The position numbers and the translations under genes are program-made. Under the pieces are notes generated by a model that made no database searches, was not told the origin of the DNA, and saw only the letters and a list, made by a program, of their open reading frames with translations. A DNA stretch of 63,975 nt, counting the filler, from Choristocarpus tenellus KU-1152 (lineage: Eukaryota; Protista; Phaeophyceae): NCBI GenBank assembly GCA_964200185.2. It is 9 parts of 9 records of this genome, joined end to end, with 100 filler letters (N's around TTAATTAATTAA, not from the genome) between each part and the next. Parts side by side here need not be neighbours in the genome. Positions count along the whole stretch, not along the records: positions 1 to 19,732 come from CAXNAD020000447.1; positions 19,833 to 23,895 come from CAXNAD020016412.1; positions 23,996 to 28,210 come from CAXNAD020015648.1; 6 more parts are not named here. One strand, 5' to 3'. This document shows positions 13,500 through 25,610 of this stretch, one piece after another. How positions within the stretch are numbered: the first letter of the stretch is position 1; every line of letters starts with the position of its first letter.

Positions 13500-13870
13500 G
13501 GTCACAATACGCTGCCTGAATACTAACCCTGACTCCAACAAGTACTACCCCTGACCGTACACACACCGACAATATACCCCTTAGGATTGGACGGATAGGG
13601 ATGGCAGACCGCACAGTAACACGTTTACAAAACTTCTACACATCGACACATTCAGAAGTCAGGAGATAGTTCACCTTCCAGCTTATGAGATCGATTGCAC
13701 GGGACGACATGACCCACATGTCCCCAATGTCAATGGCATAAAGTCCATGCACAGGTTCTTCACTGGTCAACGCACCAACGGAGACTCCCGTACATTGATA
13801 TACACCAAGATGTCGTGCTACTGCACGAACTGTTCCATCAGCAACCTAGCCTACTGCAAGTGGCAAGTAA
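13500..13870 (+). pseudogene. Decayed DNA transposase C-terminal region (Chapaev/CMC-like)
   Basis: VNGIKSMHRF...TKMSCYCTNCSISNLAYC fits the (I/V)xG(T/I)xxxHxF...SCxCxxC-x-C tail of this transposase group. In-frame stops lie upstream. Confidence 0.35.
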
Positions 13871-16370
13871 CGCACGTGCCCCCGCTTAAGGAGACAGACC
13901 TCAGATTATTCACAGAAATAGGAATAGGCGATATATATCTGAGGAGTCAGCTGTCGAGGAAGAAGAGACAGCTCTCTGCAAGGAACATATGCGTTGTGCG
14001 AAAACGCAGCCATCAGAGTATAATGGGCTAGAGTTCTTGCCATTCACTGTGCACTGGAAGGACACGGTTTAATATAACGCCAGTCACCATTCCAGCTACG
14101 GAGGGGTGTTCAGTGCTGGAGATGAGGTGGTCTTTGTCACTAAAGACTTCAAGGTGTTGAGTGCCAGCTTTGTAGATGGAGTTCCAACTATTCACATGTC
14201 ATGGACAGACAAGGTGAGAAACGCTTTTTATTGTTAGGAAGGGGACGGGTATTCCACATGAATCAATCCCATCTATTCATCAAACATTAGATCCAATAAT
14301 ATTCCTTGACGTATAAATAATCTTCCCATAATACCCAACCCTAACTTCCAAAACACAATTGTTCTAAGTATAATTTTATTGTCCTACTCCACAACCACAA
14401 TCCTAAACTTGCATGACCATATCCCATGCCTTAGTTTCGCTTCCAAAATGTATTCTCTATCCTAAATAATATCCTCCGTTCTTCATAAACAACACAAACA
14501 ACACATACACAACCAAACAAGGCCGTCACGCGCAAACAAAACATGCCAACAATCGCATACACTAACACCACCCCTACAATGAACATCTTCATGGCGTTGC
14601 AGGACGGACAACCGGGTCCCCCCGTTGTGCCCCTTCAGGCTGTCATTATCCTGGACTTCTGCTCGCTTCTCAAGGCAACTCAGACTTGGGGACACATCCG
14701 ATATCAGGTTCGGCCGAGGCACCAGCTTCATCCTATGCATGAGTGGGGGGCCGGCCTATCATACAGGTGAAGGTCAGCGACGTTTACATAGACGATTCAG
14801 CGGCATACATCTACTCCGTATCCTAACTTCCAGACGATAGCAAAAACTCTTTGCCCCCTAAACTGAGGTCGCACATGACAAAGGACGAGGTCAAGGAGGG
14901 TGCCGAATAACTTCAGGAGAAGAAGAAGAAGGACAGTGACAAGGCTGCAACCCGGCGTGTCAGACAACGCCGCCGATCGATTGTTGCCCGCCAGCAGAAG
15001 CGTAGGGACAAGAAGGATACGGAGAAATACATCCTCGAACCGACACTGAGGGCTGTATGAGATTTAGATGAGGGAGAAACATTCTATGCCAGTGCCAAGC
15101 GCAGGGGACTGTACTTCAGTTGGGACAATCAGTGGATGCGAGGGACAGTGACCAAGTGCCAGCCCCACTACAATATGAAAGTTGGAGAGAAGCGAGTCAG
15201 CTACCCCTATAAGGTTAATTGGGAGAATGGCATCTTTCGAAATATCCAGCTTCTTATGGAACGATACACTATAGACCAAGACACTCCTGCACGGGCCTGG
15301 TTCAGGACAAGTCCAACACTGCCGCAATGCAGACGAGAGACACAGCTTTGAGGAGCTACCCAAGACATTCCTGTTCGTGAGTCGCCCTCTACTTCACCTA
15401 TCAGGCACATGCCCTCACAGACATGTTGTCCTTGAGAGGTCGGACGTTCTCTAAATCAACCGTTTTTTTACATATGGTATATTCTAATTAACATCTTTTT
15501 ACAGGGTTAGTGTTCATGTGTCCTCATACGCATGCTTTTCTTCGCCTGGTGGCAACCTAACTTTTTTTTGGATTGGCGTGTTTTGCCATTGTTCTCTCAT
15601 ACTTATTGCCATCCCCTATAACGCGCCCTTGGATGATGTAACTTACACATCGTAATACAATATTTTGACGTGTTTGTCCTATAGCCCTGCCTAATGTGAT
15701 CTCTAAATCCCAGGAACATTGCACAGCAACAGTTATGTCTTATCTTACTTTGCGTCCTCTGGAGCACACAGAACCCTTCCAACCCTCATCATGCACACCG
15801 TACTAAGACCGTCTATCTCACACAACAAACCCCCTGAGGTGTATGCGACATGGTGCTAAGACCAATTGACCCATTTGTCTAACGCAATAACAATGGCAAT
15901 CCAAGTGCACCCAATTTGTGCAGGGACACGACCCGGAGTATGCAGCCCACAACCTTTCTCCCTCGCTTCTTTCCGTTGCTCGGACTGAAGAGCCCTTGGC
16001 AGAAACCTTGCAAAAAGAAATAGATGAAGGAACCTTCCGTACTCGATACCATCTAAAACACAAGACGACATTTTCACCATAGATAACCCCTCTTCCACGC
16101 CTAATCCAAACGGCAACAACCACCTAACTACAAATTTTGAACATAACGGCAACTTTCCTAAGCCATAATCACACAGAACACACGCACTCAAGCGCCAAGT
16201 GCAGGTCCTAATTGCAGTTTGTTCCAAAAAATATCAAACAAGGACAAACCCTCCACGACTGAAGGCAGCAATTCCCCGAATTTTTGAACACCTCATCAGG
16301 GTCGAAACGGATGCCCCCTTACAAACCACCCCCCCTCCAGATGCTTTGACCCGGATATCAGAGCAGCCAA

Positions 16371-16800
16371 TTGGGGGAAAGGATGTTAGTGGGAAGTATG
16401 CAAAAAAACAAGTTTGTTGGATGGGCCATGCCTAATTCCTAGATGCGATTCTTCATTCTTCGCATGCGACATGACCAAAGCAGTGTGCACCGCTACTCTC
16501 TGCTTCAGAAAGAGATAGCAAAGATCATCTATCATATATGAATATTTAAACTAAAGTTTCTATTCTAGCACGACTATCCTTCTTCGATATTCCCTCCAAA
16601 ATCAAGCGAAAAAATCATCAACAGCACCTCATCAACACCCTTAGCGAAACACACAGTCATATTTGGCAGCGGTTTTGGAAAAAAGTACTTGCTTACACAG
16701 CGGAAGTCTTACTACCTCTAGTGGTTGGTACGATTCTGACTTGGGTGTAAATCGTACTTAGTCAGATTTCCTACCCAGTTGCCCATCTTGAGTAGTCAGT
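16371..16800 (+). repeat. Dispersed ~450-bp repeat, copy 2
   Basis: Collinear with 10366-10822. Confidence 0.8.
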
Positions 16801-17648
16801 AGGAAGCACTGGCACTCAGAACCCAGGACCCAGTCACCCAGCACCCAGCACCCAGCACCCAACCAGATTAATTCATAATATGTTGAAGGATAGCAAGTAG
16901 TGGTGAGTGGGGAGGCAGGCTACCGGCAATGGCACCCTGCTCCATGGGTGTCGCTAGGCACAATTCAAGGGTTGATCGCATTTCTCTAGGGGATATGGGC
17001 GAATTCTACACAACCTATGTGTTGAGGGTGCAAGTACAAAACAATGATGTGGCCATCTCCATAGCCGATGATGAATTTAAGGCAGTGGTAGGAGCTTTGA
17101 AGGTGGCCAAGCGTTCCTTGGAAGAACTCCATCATCTCTTCGGTGAGGCTCAGCTTCTTCTTGCAATGTCAATATTCGAGCCTCAGTGTTTCCTATATTA
17201 CTTAGTAAGATATGAGTGGCTGATTTGGTGAAGAGAGTCTTCGATATTTGCTCTTCGACATTTGCTCTATCACTATGCTGCAGAGCACTCAGAATATCCA
17301 TGATTTGTTAACAGAGTAGGTCGTGCAGGATGTATTGCAAGGGGTGATGTTTGAGGAAGGCTTTTGCTAAACATTAGAACTTCACCCTTCCCAACGCAGC
17401 CTGAGGCTGAACGTGGGGTAGGGCAGGTGCAGGCGGAGAATCTAGAAGAGGTCGATGTCATAGTGGAAAAGATCAAGTCACAAGAGGAGTATAATAAGCA
17501 CAAGAGTGAGGCGTTTGTATAAGCGGGCTTTTACTCTTAAAATGCGGGTTTAGGATAAAGAAGGAACAAAACCTAGGAGTTTATTGTGCTTTAAGTATAA
17601 AGAATGTTGAGTTATGATGTGCTTTTTTACAAAAAAACATAACCCAAC

Positions 17649-17881
17649 ACGAAAAAATGTATTATAACGGTTTTCTTCTTAGTAGATCATTTTTGCAAAA
17701 TATTTGAAAACTGGGAAAAAACAATCTACTACCTTCTACAAAAACCAGACAAAGAGGTGGAAACTTAACATCATCAGAGCTTTTAGCAATAGTGTTATTT
17801 TTCTATTTATCACCATGTAGTGATTTCAAAAATTATTACATTTATTACTTACCATCTAAGTATCCCAACTACTTCAAGTTG
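17649..17881 (+). mobile_element. Fragment of a bacterial IS982-family transposase (N-terminus, Rickettsiales-type), pseudogenised
   Basis: With ACG in place of ATG and one frameshift in the A-run at 17716-17721 it reads (M)KKCIITVFFLVDHFCKIFENWEKNNLLPSTKTRQRGGNLTSSELLAIVLFFYLSPCSDFKNYYIYYLPSKYPNYFKL. This matches from memory the IS982 N-terminus (DxFCK...LSxSELLTI..F..S..KDFKxYY). Markedly AT-rich relative to flanks. Confidence 0.8.
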
Positions 17882-18949
17882 GTTAGTGTTTGCTGCATTC
17901 CTCTGTGGAATGTGAGGGGATTTTCCTGCAAGAACAGGATCAAGACTTAAGGTTCGGAACCGTCTTCATGTTCACGCAATTGAAGTCCTTATGTAGATAT
18001 TATTTTGCTTGAGAAGTTAACCCTTTACCCCTGAAACCTCAAAAGATTTCCTTGCACGAGCCATACACAGATTGCAGGAACGTCGAAAATGGAGAATATT
18101 GATCTAAACATGACTGCAAGAGGATAGTTGACGGGGTAGTAGGTCTAGGGATGGTGGTAAGGATGAGGCGGTAGGATCACTTTGTAGAATGGAGTATGGT
18201 AATACTCCTACATATATAGTAATACTGATTGTACTGGACATGAGTATCATGTTTCTCCAGAGAGGAGCATATGCAATCTCAAGATCTAAATATAAAAATG
18301 GTTCCCAACACAAATTACATTATATTTTAGGTTCACCTCACACCAACATGATTGCTCATAAAGCAATTGAAATAGCAATATGCATCCTTGATATTTTGTG
18401 GAAATCAGTGTACTACTGTAGTGTGTTATATGAGGGTATAAACAGTCACCCCACCACTACCAAGCACTAATAAAAATCTGATGATTTATAATTGATGAAA
18501 AAACAGCGGGAAAGGGGCATTACATCACCACAACCATCGTACCCCCTTTCCTGTCAGAAATGACAACTAAATTGGGTTGACCACCATTTTGTTTTTGGCC
18601 TCCAACACGTCCCCTCACCACTCAGGAGGTCTATTTTGCTCACTGCATGGTACCCTGGACAAATTTCAAGCAAATATCAGTGGCTCTGTCGTCCATTCCG
18701 CTGATGCTGGCAATCTTATATTTGGTACCCTACCAAGAAGCATAGTGGATTGTACACCTGATACACCATCTTTTCTGTCACTATACCACAAAAATGTTGA
18801 AGAAAGATCGAAGTGGAAACTACGTGGTGGGTGCAAGACAATATTTGATTGAGGAGATGAAACAAGGAGGGGTGGGAGTGCTGAACACAACTCTCAAGAA
18901 ACAATGGATAAACAAAAATTAGTGTATAGTCTTTTTAGGAACAATAAAT

Positions 18950-19530
18950 GTTGTGAATCGTGAGGTTCTGTGGCGGCATGGTTCATTCAGGCAAGGGTGG
19001 TGAAGAGAATCACCGGGCAAGACGGACCACACGAACAAGGACGAACCATGACCGAGGGTACGAGGTTAAGGTTGGACAAGTGCAAACTTAGGAGTGATGA
19101 GCAACATCAAAGGTGGAGCTTCATAATCAGTCAAGACGTGAGAACAAAGTAGATCTTCCATGTGTGACAACTCGAATGACGAGCTGTCCCAAGTCTATGG
19201 GATTGGTTACATGAACTTCCATGGTTTCATTCTAACGGAAAAGTCCGTCAGTCAAAACATGGACTCTTGACTGGGAACCTCAATCGGTACCACGGTATAA
19301 CGGAATATGGCATACGGTAATAACGGTATAATGACCTGCAAACATGCTTTCCACAATGTTAGTAGTATGTATAATGTATTGATGCGTTAATGTGATGGTT
19401 GATTTGTGTTGTATTTCACACAACAAATTGGGAAAATTATGTGTAGACGAAAAATTGCAAAGGATATATCATTATATTATTATGCCCTCCGACATTTTGC
19501 AGATGTGTCAGGGGGGAAACCAATGAAAAC
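18950..19530 (+). mobile_element. Unclassified repeated element, copy 1
   Basis: Collinear with the reverse complement of 60146-60640, including the end motif gacattttgcagatgtgtcaggggggaaaccaatgaa. Confidence 0.75.
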
Positions 19531-19732
19531 TATAAATATGTCGTTATTTGCCCTAAAGAAATAAAATATCATAAACATAAGAACACTATAAAACATTGTA
19601 AGTGTGGAAACCACTAATCTATCAGTTACTTCACCACTATCAAATATTGTACTGTCTTCCTTTGCTTCCCATCTACCTTGTCCTGTGTCCTGGGGGGGGG
19701 AGCTAGGGAGGCATCCAAAGAATCCAACAGAC

Positions 19733-19832
19733 NNNNNNNNNNNNNNNNNNNNNNNNNNNNNNNNNNNNNNNNNNNNTTAATTAATTAANNNNNNNNNNNN
19801 NNNNNNNNNNNNNNNNNNNNNNNNNNNNNNNN
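19733..19832. other. Artificial contig linker N44-TTAATTAATTAA-N44 (first of 8)
   Basis: Identical 100-nt spacer with six-frame stops at 19733-19832, 23896-23995, 28211-28310, 37544-37643, 46033-46132, 51834-51933, 56082-56181 and 59826-59925. Nine contigs are concatenated. Confidence 0.99.
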
Positions 19833-19879
19833 TTAAAGGAAAATGTAAATTCCCCCTTCCTCTTTTTTACCCCAAAAAA

Positions 19880-19929
19880 CCCCCTGGGGGTGGCCCCCCC
19901 CCCCCCCCCCTCCCCAGATACTTTGGGTC
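19880..19929 (-). mobile_element. MITE family B, partial end
   Basis: poly-C then cagatactttgggtc terminal repeat near the contig start. Confidence 0.6.
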
Positions 19930-20929
19930 TAGGGACATCTACAGTATGATTGTTGCTAGGTGGAGGCAAGCCCGCCAAAACAGGTGGAAGTATTGACTGT
20001 GTCAGGGATAAAGTCCAGCAAAAAAAAAACGGGAAGCAGAATACTTCAAGCTATTTTGGCTACCATGGCTTACAGGAAGAAGTTAGAATCCCAAGTTCTG
20101 ATTTCGAGAGTGAGGATGATGAGGAGGATGATACTCCAGGCTATCTATCCTCCACATGTACGCCAAAGGACTACTGAGATCCAGGAGATGGGGGGTTGTT
20201 TGATGGATGTGGTCCATGGTCAGGGAATGATGTGTTTAAACTTAGGCTACTTTTTGCTTAACCCATAGTTACAGTATACAACCACCAACTAGTGCTGACT
20301 GTTGATACGTCCACTAGTACTGATCACTTAGTATGCAACCAGTTAGATCGCACATGTACCGCTCCACGCGGTATGTGAGAAGGACTTACCGTTGCAGTAT
20401 GTGTAAATATAGTAGACCTTATTCGAACATACAAACTCAGTATGTTACACATTGAGTTTGAGAATTTAATTCAGACCTTTTCATTTTTTTTCCTCACAGA
20501 AGAATTGACAGTTGTATCCACATGTATATTTTTTTCTTGCTTGATATCGTCCCCACTCAGACTTCGAAATAGCTATGCATTAAGTGTACTCGATATAAAC
20601 AACTGAATGAGATATATTTAGAGTTAATACACCCGCAACCTTCACAAAGTAACAGGCCTCTACTCAGAGCATGCATTATTTCGTTTAAACGCATCATGTA
20701 ACATTGCGTCATATTCCAGTATTCAGCCAGACTATACACAGAGCACGTCACAATATTCGTGACATTGAATTCATCAGTATTTCAGTGCACTAGGTCACCT
20801 CTTCGCATACAAGACTCCAAGCCTCTACACAGAGCACTTAATGAGAAACAACGATTGAAGCAGTTCAAGATTTTGTCGAGTTATGAGTCTCACACGATTA
20901 TTCTTCGAGTTGATTAACAGGACTGTATG

Positions 20930-22170
20930 GCACCAAGCAGTCCTGCAGGGAATTAAATAATCTGTTGGTGGTGCATGTTTTGCAACAATGTGGTTCTGAA
21001 CAGTGCAGAGCACCCCTGTGTATTGACCCAAAGTGTCTGGGGGGGGGGGGTCTACACCAGGGTGTTCATTTGGGTCAAAATCCATCCGACGTATGCAACC
21101 AAATGACCCAAAACTCTCGGCATGAAAAAATGGACCCCAAATGGACAGCTGCCACCCCCCCTCGGATACGTTGAGCCATTACACAGTGTAGAAAATGGTG
21201 CAGTTTGTGTGGTAATAGTCCCCCGCATTGATGACCTTATGGTCGTAGGATTGCATAATGTTTAAGTTGGGTTCGGTTCAGGATTTTGAGTAGTTTCCTA
21301 TAGAGCATTTTGGTGATCTCGAGTTCTATATGGGTTGTGAGATTTCACTTGACAGAATTGCAATGACAGTAAGCATCTCTCAGTTAGACCAAGTATATTA
21401 AGAGCATTTGTCAAAGATCTGGTATGGGTGGGACAAAGAAAAGGGCAGTATCCCATTATATTTAGAGGACTTCAAACAAGAAAGAGGATCACCCATATTT
21501 CAGTGATATATGTTCCCTGCAGAGGGGCTGTGTTGGTTGTTTGGTGTGGGCAGCTATGATGACGAGGCTAGACATTTCCAATGTAGTTGGTGAGATAGCT
21601 AAGTACAGTAACAGCCCCTAGGCTGCACACTGGAGTGCAGTCAAGTGAGATTTTCCGGATTTGAATACGTGTGTAAGCATTGGATTGTTTTTAAAGCGTC
21701 TTGATACCGAGTGTGAGTTGAGTGGATGTGCTGATAATGCCAGTGGTGGTGGGGACTGCAATGATCATAGATCAGTGACTGGGGGAGTCATGGTATTTTT
21801 GGAGGAGCAACATTTTGGGATGTCAAATGTCCAAAAAGGTTGTAACTCTGTCTTCAATGAAGAGCGAGTATATAGCCTTCAGCAGTGTGAAACAGGAATT
21901 TACTTTCCTTGCGAAGTGTTTTGGAGGTTTTGTTCAGCCAGGTTCCCTTGGCGTTTAACTGACATGTTTGAGGACAACGATGGAGCATAAACTAGAATAG
22001 AGTACTTTGACGTCCAACATCTTTTATTGAGGTGGGTTCAGTAAGGAAACATGAGATTCGTGTTGCTTTTGTTGGTACTGCAAATCATAGGACAGATGTG
22101 TGACAAAGAATTTGCCCGTGAAAGGTTTTAGGCAACATGTGCGATTTTTGAACAGGTAGAAGTATTACAT
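20930..22170 (+). mobile_element. Degenerate Ty1/Copia RT-RNaseH
   Basis: Broken frames give HPCV, RIDDLMVVG (YVDD site), GDLEFYMGCEISLDRIAMTVSISQ, TRLDISNVVGEIAKY, DCNDHRSVTGG and MFEDNDGA. PPT agaggag at 22220-22226 is followed by TGTGCA. Confidence 0.88.
21025..21177 (+). mobile_element. MITE family B inside Copia RT
   Basis: TIRs gacccaaagtgtctggggg...ccccctcggatacgttgagcc, 3-bp TSD att. Confidence 0.9.
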
Positions 22171-22471
22171 GTGTTACAAAACATATCGTGTTCATTGAAG
22201 TGGGCAAGGTGGCGGTGCCAGAGGAGTGTGCAGATTTAGACTGCTGTATATGTGAGTATGGAAAATTAGAAGAAAGGTGGCAGCCTTACACGATTCCCCT
22301 TTTGCTGAATGTGGCACATGGTTAAAAATCTTTCCCAGAAAACTCCGTAACGATGTAGAAAAATATCTCGAAAATGTGGACTTCAGCTTATCATTTATTC
22401 TCTATAAATATTTCGCTGAGTTACAAACTATCATCGTTACATATTGCTACAGTTCGTACCTATCCTGCACA

Positions 22472-23130
22472 CTTCCCCATGAGAGTGTCAGCAAAAGAAC
22501 ACAGGTCGTTTTAACTCTCACACAGTACATTCATCTTATCAGTAACGAGTGTGTACGAAGTCTTCTACCTGGTTCCATAGTCGCTTGGTTAAAAACGTCA
22601 GCGAGTTGCAGACCAGTTGGTATGTACTTCACTTCAAATAATACCACAGTTATTCTCTTATGCATTTCAACTCCATGTCTATATACCTTCTTCTTCCGTT
22701 GAACCCCGTAGCTGTCCCTGCCAGTATCGCTCCTCGGTTATCCGCATACCAAGTCGTAACCCCTTGAGATACATTGAGCTCCCCCAGGATTCCTCTGATA
22801 AATATCGCGTGTCTTATCCCTAGCGCCATCATTGTCGACTCCACTTCTGGGCTATATGCGGTTAGTGCTCCTTGTAATATCGACTTCCGCGCGGTTGGTG
22901 TTCCATTGAACAAGAGCAGGTATCCTGTGATGCTTCATCTCAATACAGGATCGTTGGCCCGTTCCAAGTCCACATATCCGATGAGCCCTTTGCAGTCTGG
23001 TTCTCCTTCAGTGAGATAGTGTATCCCCACATTGGTGGAGCCTGCAGCATAACGCAGTACATGTTGCAGTTCTTTTCAGGGCCACTGGCACGACGATGTA
23101 GCAGTGCAACCTAGTTTCATTACAGAGTTG
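22472..23130 (-). mobile_element. Degenerate Ty1/Copia RT end-RNaseH with PPT
   Basis: LQHVLRYAAGS, LIGYVD, SITGYLLLFNG, SPEVES, YADNRGAI, RRYIDMELKCIRE. PPT ggggaag at 22478-22472 is followed by TGTGCA on the minus strand. Confidence 0.88.
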
Positions 23131-24429
23131 GAGAAATCTGTTAAAGTATCCCCCGCCTCATGTATGGGTAGAAGAGAAAAATACAGGAATGCTACCAATT
23201 ATCATGAAAGACAGAGGGCTTGATGCAGACCCTCGTTCTGAGGACAAGTTTTCCAATACCGAAGCAGGCATCACCAGGTAAATTATTGATGTCTCCAAGC
23301 ATCTTCTCACCCAAGATACCCAGCAGCAGTTCTTGGCGACAAGTCCTTATGTGCAAACCTTTCAACATTTTTTCCCTGACCTAGATACCAAGCAATCGGT
23401 TTCAGTATGCACCAGCACCAAAATTTAGCTTCAACATTGCCCCTGTGGGCTCCATTCAATCAGAAAAAAGGTCAAGACACAGCATAGAAAAGAGATCAAC
23501 AAAAAAAGAAAAATTAAACATGTAATATACTATATGCACGACCATGACAGACAACAGACAGTGCAACAGCGTCAGTACCAAAGGAGGTGTGCCCTTATCA
23601 GTCTCCATGCATCATGACATGCCAAATAGTATTGAAGAAAATTACTTTTCAGCTTCAAATAGGGTGGTGGTGAAGGTACATTCCATGTTGATATTGTCGA
23701 TCTGCTCCTGAGCTCACTTGTTTGTGATAAAAGCAAGAGTAGAAATGGTTGACCGACCTCTGAATTAGCTTTGCTGTTAGTGCCTATCGTTGTTTTGAAG
23801 CAGAATATATCTGTTGACAGCTTGTCACCCCAAAAATGTGCCAATAACAGAGGATTTTCAAAATTGGGGATGGAGCGGGACTACGAGGATGGTTGNNNNN
23901 NNNNNNNNNNNNNNNNNNNNNNNNNNNNNNNNNNNNNNNTTAATTAATTAANNNNNNNNNNNNNNNNNNNNNNNNNNNNNNNNNNNNNNNNNNNNGAGAA
24001 TCTTTCTCATATACAAGGAAATATTTCTGATATTATGGGGACTTGCATGCCCCACCTAACTTTAATGAATCACTCTACAGACCCCAAGCAATCTCGCTGG
24101 GTTTATCACCTTTACCCTCTTTGATGATTTTGGGGATACGTTAACAATTGCCTCGCCGCCCAGTGCACATGTACGTTTTATCCACTCACGCTCATATATC
24201 TACCACTGCAACAGAGAAAAGAATAATACAATTGGAATAGCCAGACGTATCTATGATATACTTCCTCATCACTCAATACCGAAAGTGAATTGCTGTTGCG
24301 TATCTGGTTAGTTACTCCTAACTCCATTTGCAGCTTCACTGGTGGTGTTCATGTGTGTCTTTGCACCTATTACTGACATGATGGAGTTGTTTGTGACTGC
24401 TCTCTTGATCACAACAAGGGCCCTTCGAG

Positions 24430-24730
24430 ATAGCTGCGTTAGATGTGAACTCCTTGACCGCCGCACCTACTTAGCACTACTGTGAAGGTGTTGAATAAGA
24501 TTGGAGCAAGAACACACCCTTCCTGAAGGCCCTGTCCAGCCTCAAACTAGTCTGTGCACTCAGCATTATCTATTCAAACACTTACCCTCAATCCATTATG
24601 GAATTGAAGGATGACAGAGATCATCTTCAGAGGTACGCTAAATTTGGTCAGCACAACTCACAGGAGATCATGATGAATGGACTGGCGTGCTTCCTACAGG
24701 TCGATAAAATGCATGAAGATTGGTACATGT
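24430..24730 (-). mobile_element. Degenerate RTE-clade LINE reverse transcriptase
   Basis: FIDL...VVLTKFSVPLKMISVILQFHNGLRVSV...GQGLQEGCVLAPILFN with stops. Confidence 0.85.
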
Positions 24731-24771
24731 TTCCCCGTATTGTTATGCACTTGTAATAGAGATATACAATA

Positions 24772-25610
24772 GAGGAAGTTTATGTAGTAATCTGAGTTTT
24801 GCGAGGGGGAGAATTCATGGAGGGATATAAGTGGAGTGTTGAAAAGGGTAAAAAGAAAAATATTGAGAAGATGGACAATGAGTTAAGCATTGGGTGGCTA
24901 GGAGGCAGAAGAGGTAGGAGAGAAGGTAAAGAAATGGGTGGTAGGTGGAGGCACGAGGCACGAAGGTATGGGATGGAACAAAAGGCAACCTGAGGTTGGT
25001 GCAGGACATGCAGGATTATAACAAAGCAACCTCCAAGCAATCTTTCCCACCCACCCACCCACCCACCCACCCATTCGATTGCTCACAACTGACCGGGGTG
25101 CAGAGGAAAGGGGAGGGAGGTCGAGTTCGGGCGGGGGGTAGATGTCTTCTAGTTCAAAGGCACGGTATTGAAGTGGATGATGAAGGGGTGTTCTTGGATG
25201 ATTGTGGGGTGGTGTTGAGTGGTGTGGTGGAGTCGAAAGTGGTGGAAAGTGGTGTGGAGGAAGGTGGATAGATTTTCGCGGAAATTGGTCGTAGTGGTTG
25301 GTGACTGGAAGCTGGTGGCGAGGATTGGTCGCACTGGTTGATCATTGGATATGGTTGGTGACTAGAAATCAGTGGTGAAGGTGGGTCATACTTGTTGGTG
25401 ACTGGAATTCAGGGGTGAAGATGGGTCGCACTGGTTGATCACTGGATATGCTGATGACTGGAAATCAATGACGGAGGTGGTCGCACTGGTTGGTCATCAC
25501 TGGTGTTACAATGGGGGAGGAGGAGTAAAATGTGTGGAATGCTCACGAAATAACAATCAGTAATCATCCAGAATTCGTGAACAAAGAAAACTCACATTAT
25601 TTGTGAGGTC
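24772..25610 (-). mobile_element. Non-coding repeat family D, copy 1
   Basis: Reverse complement of 28970-29878: same ends (cacgaattctgga; aaaactcagattact.cataaact) and the same internal ~40-bp tandem motif. Confidence 0.8.

Noticed and set aside
16929-17520. Possible hAT C-terminal remnant
   Set aside because: No recognisable ERxFS motif; frames are broken.
19777-19788. TTAATTAATTAA palindrome recurring eight times
   Set aside because: It is always centred in 44+44 Ns, so it is an assembly concatenation linker.
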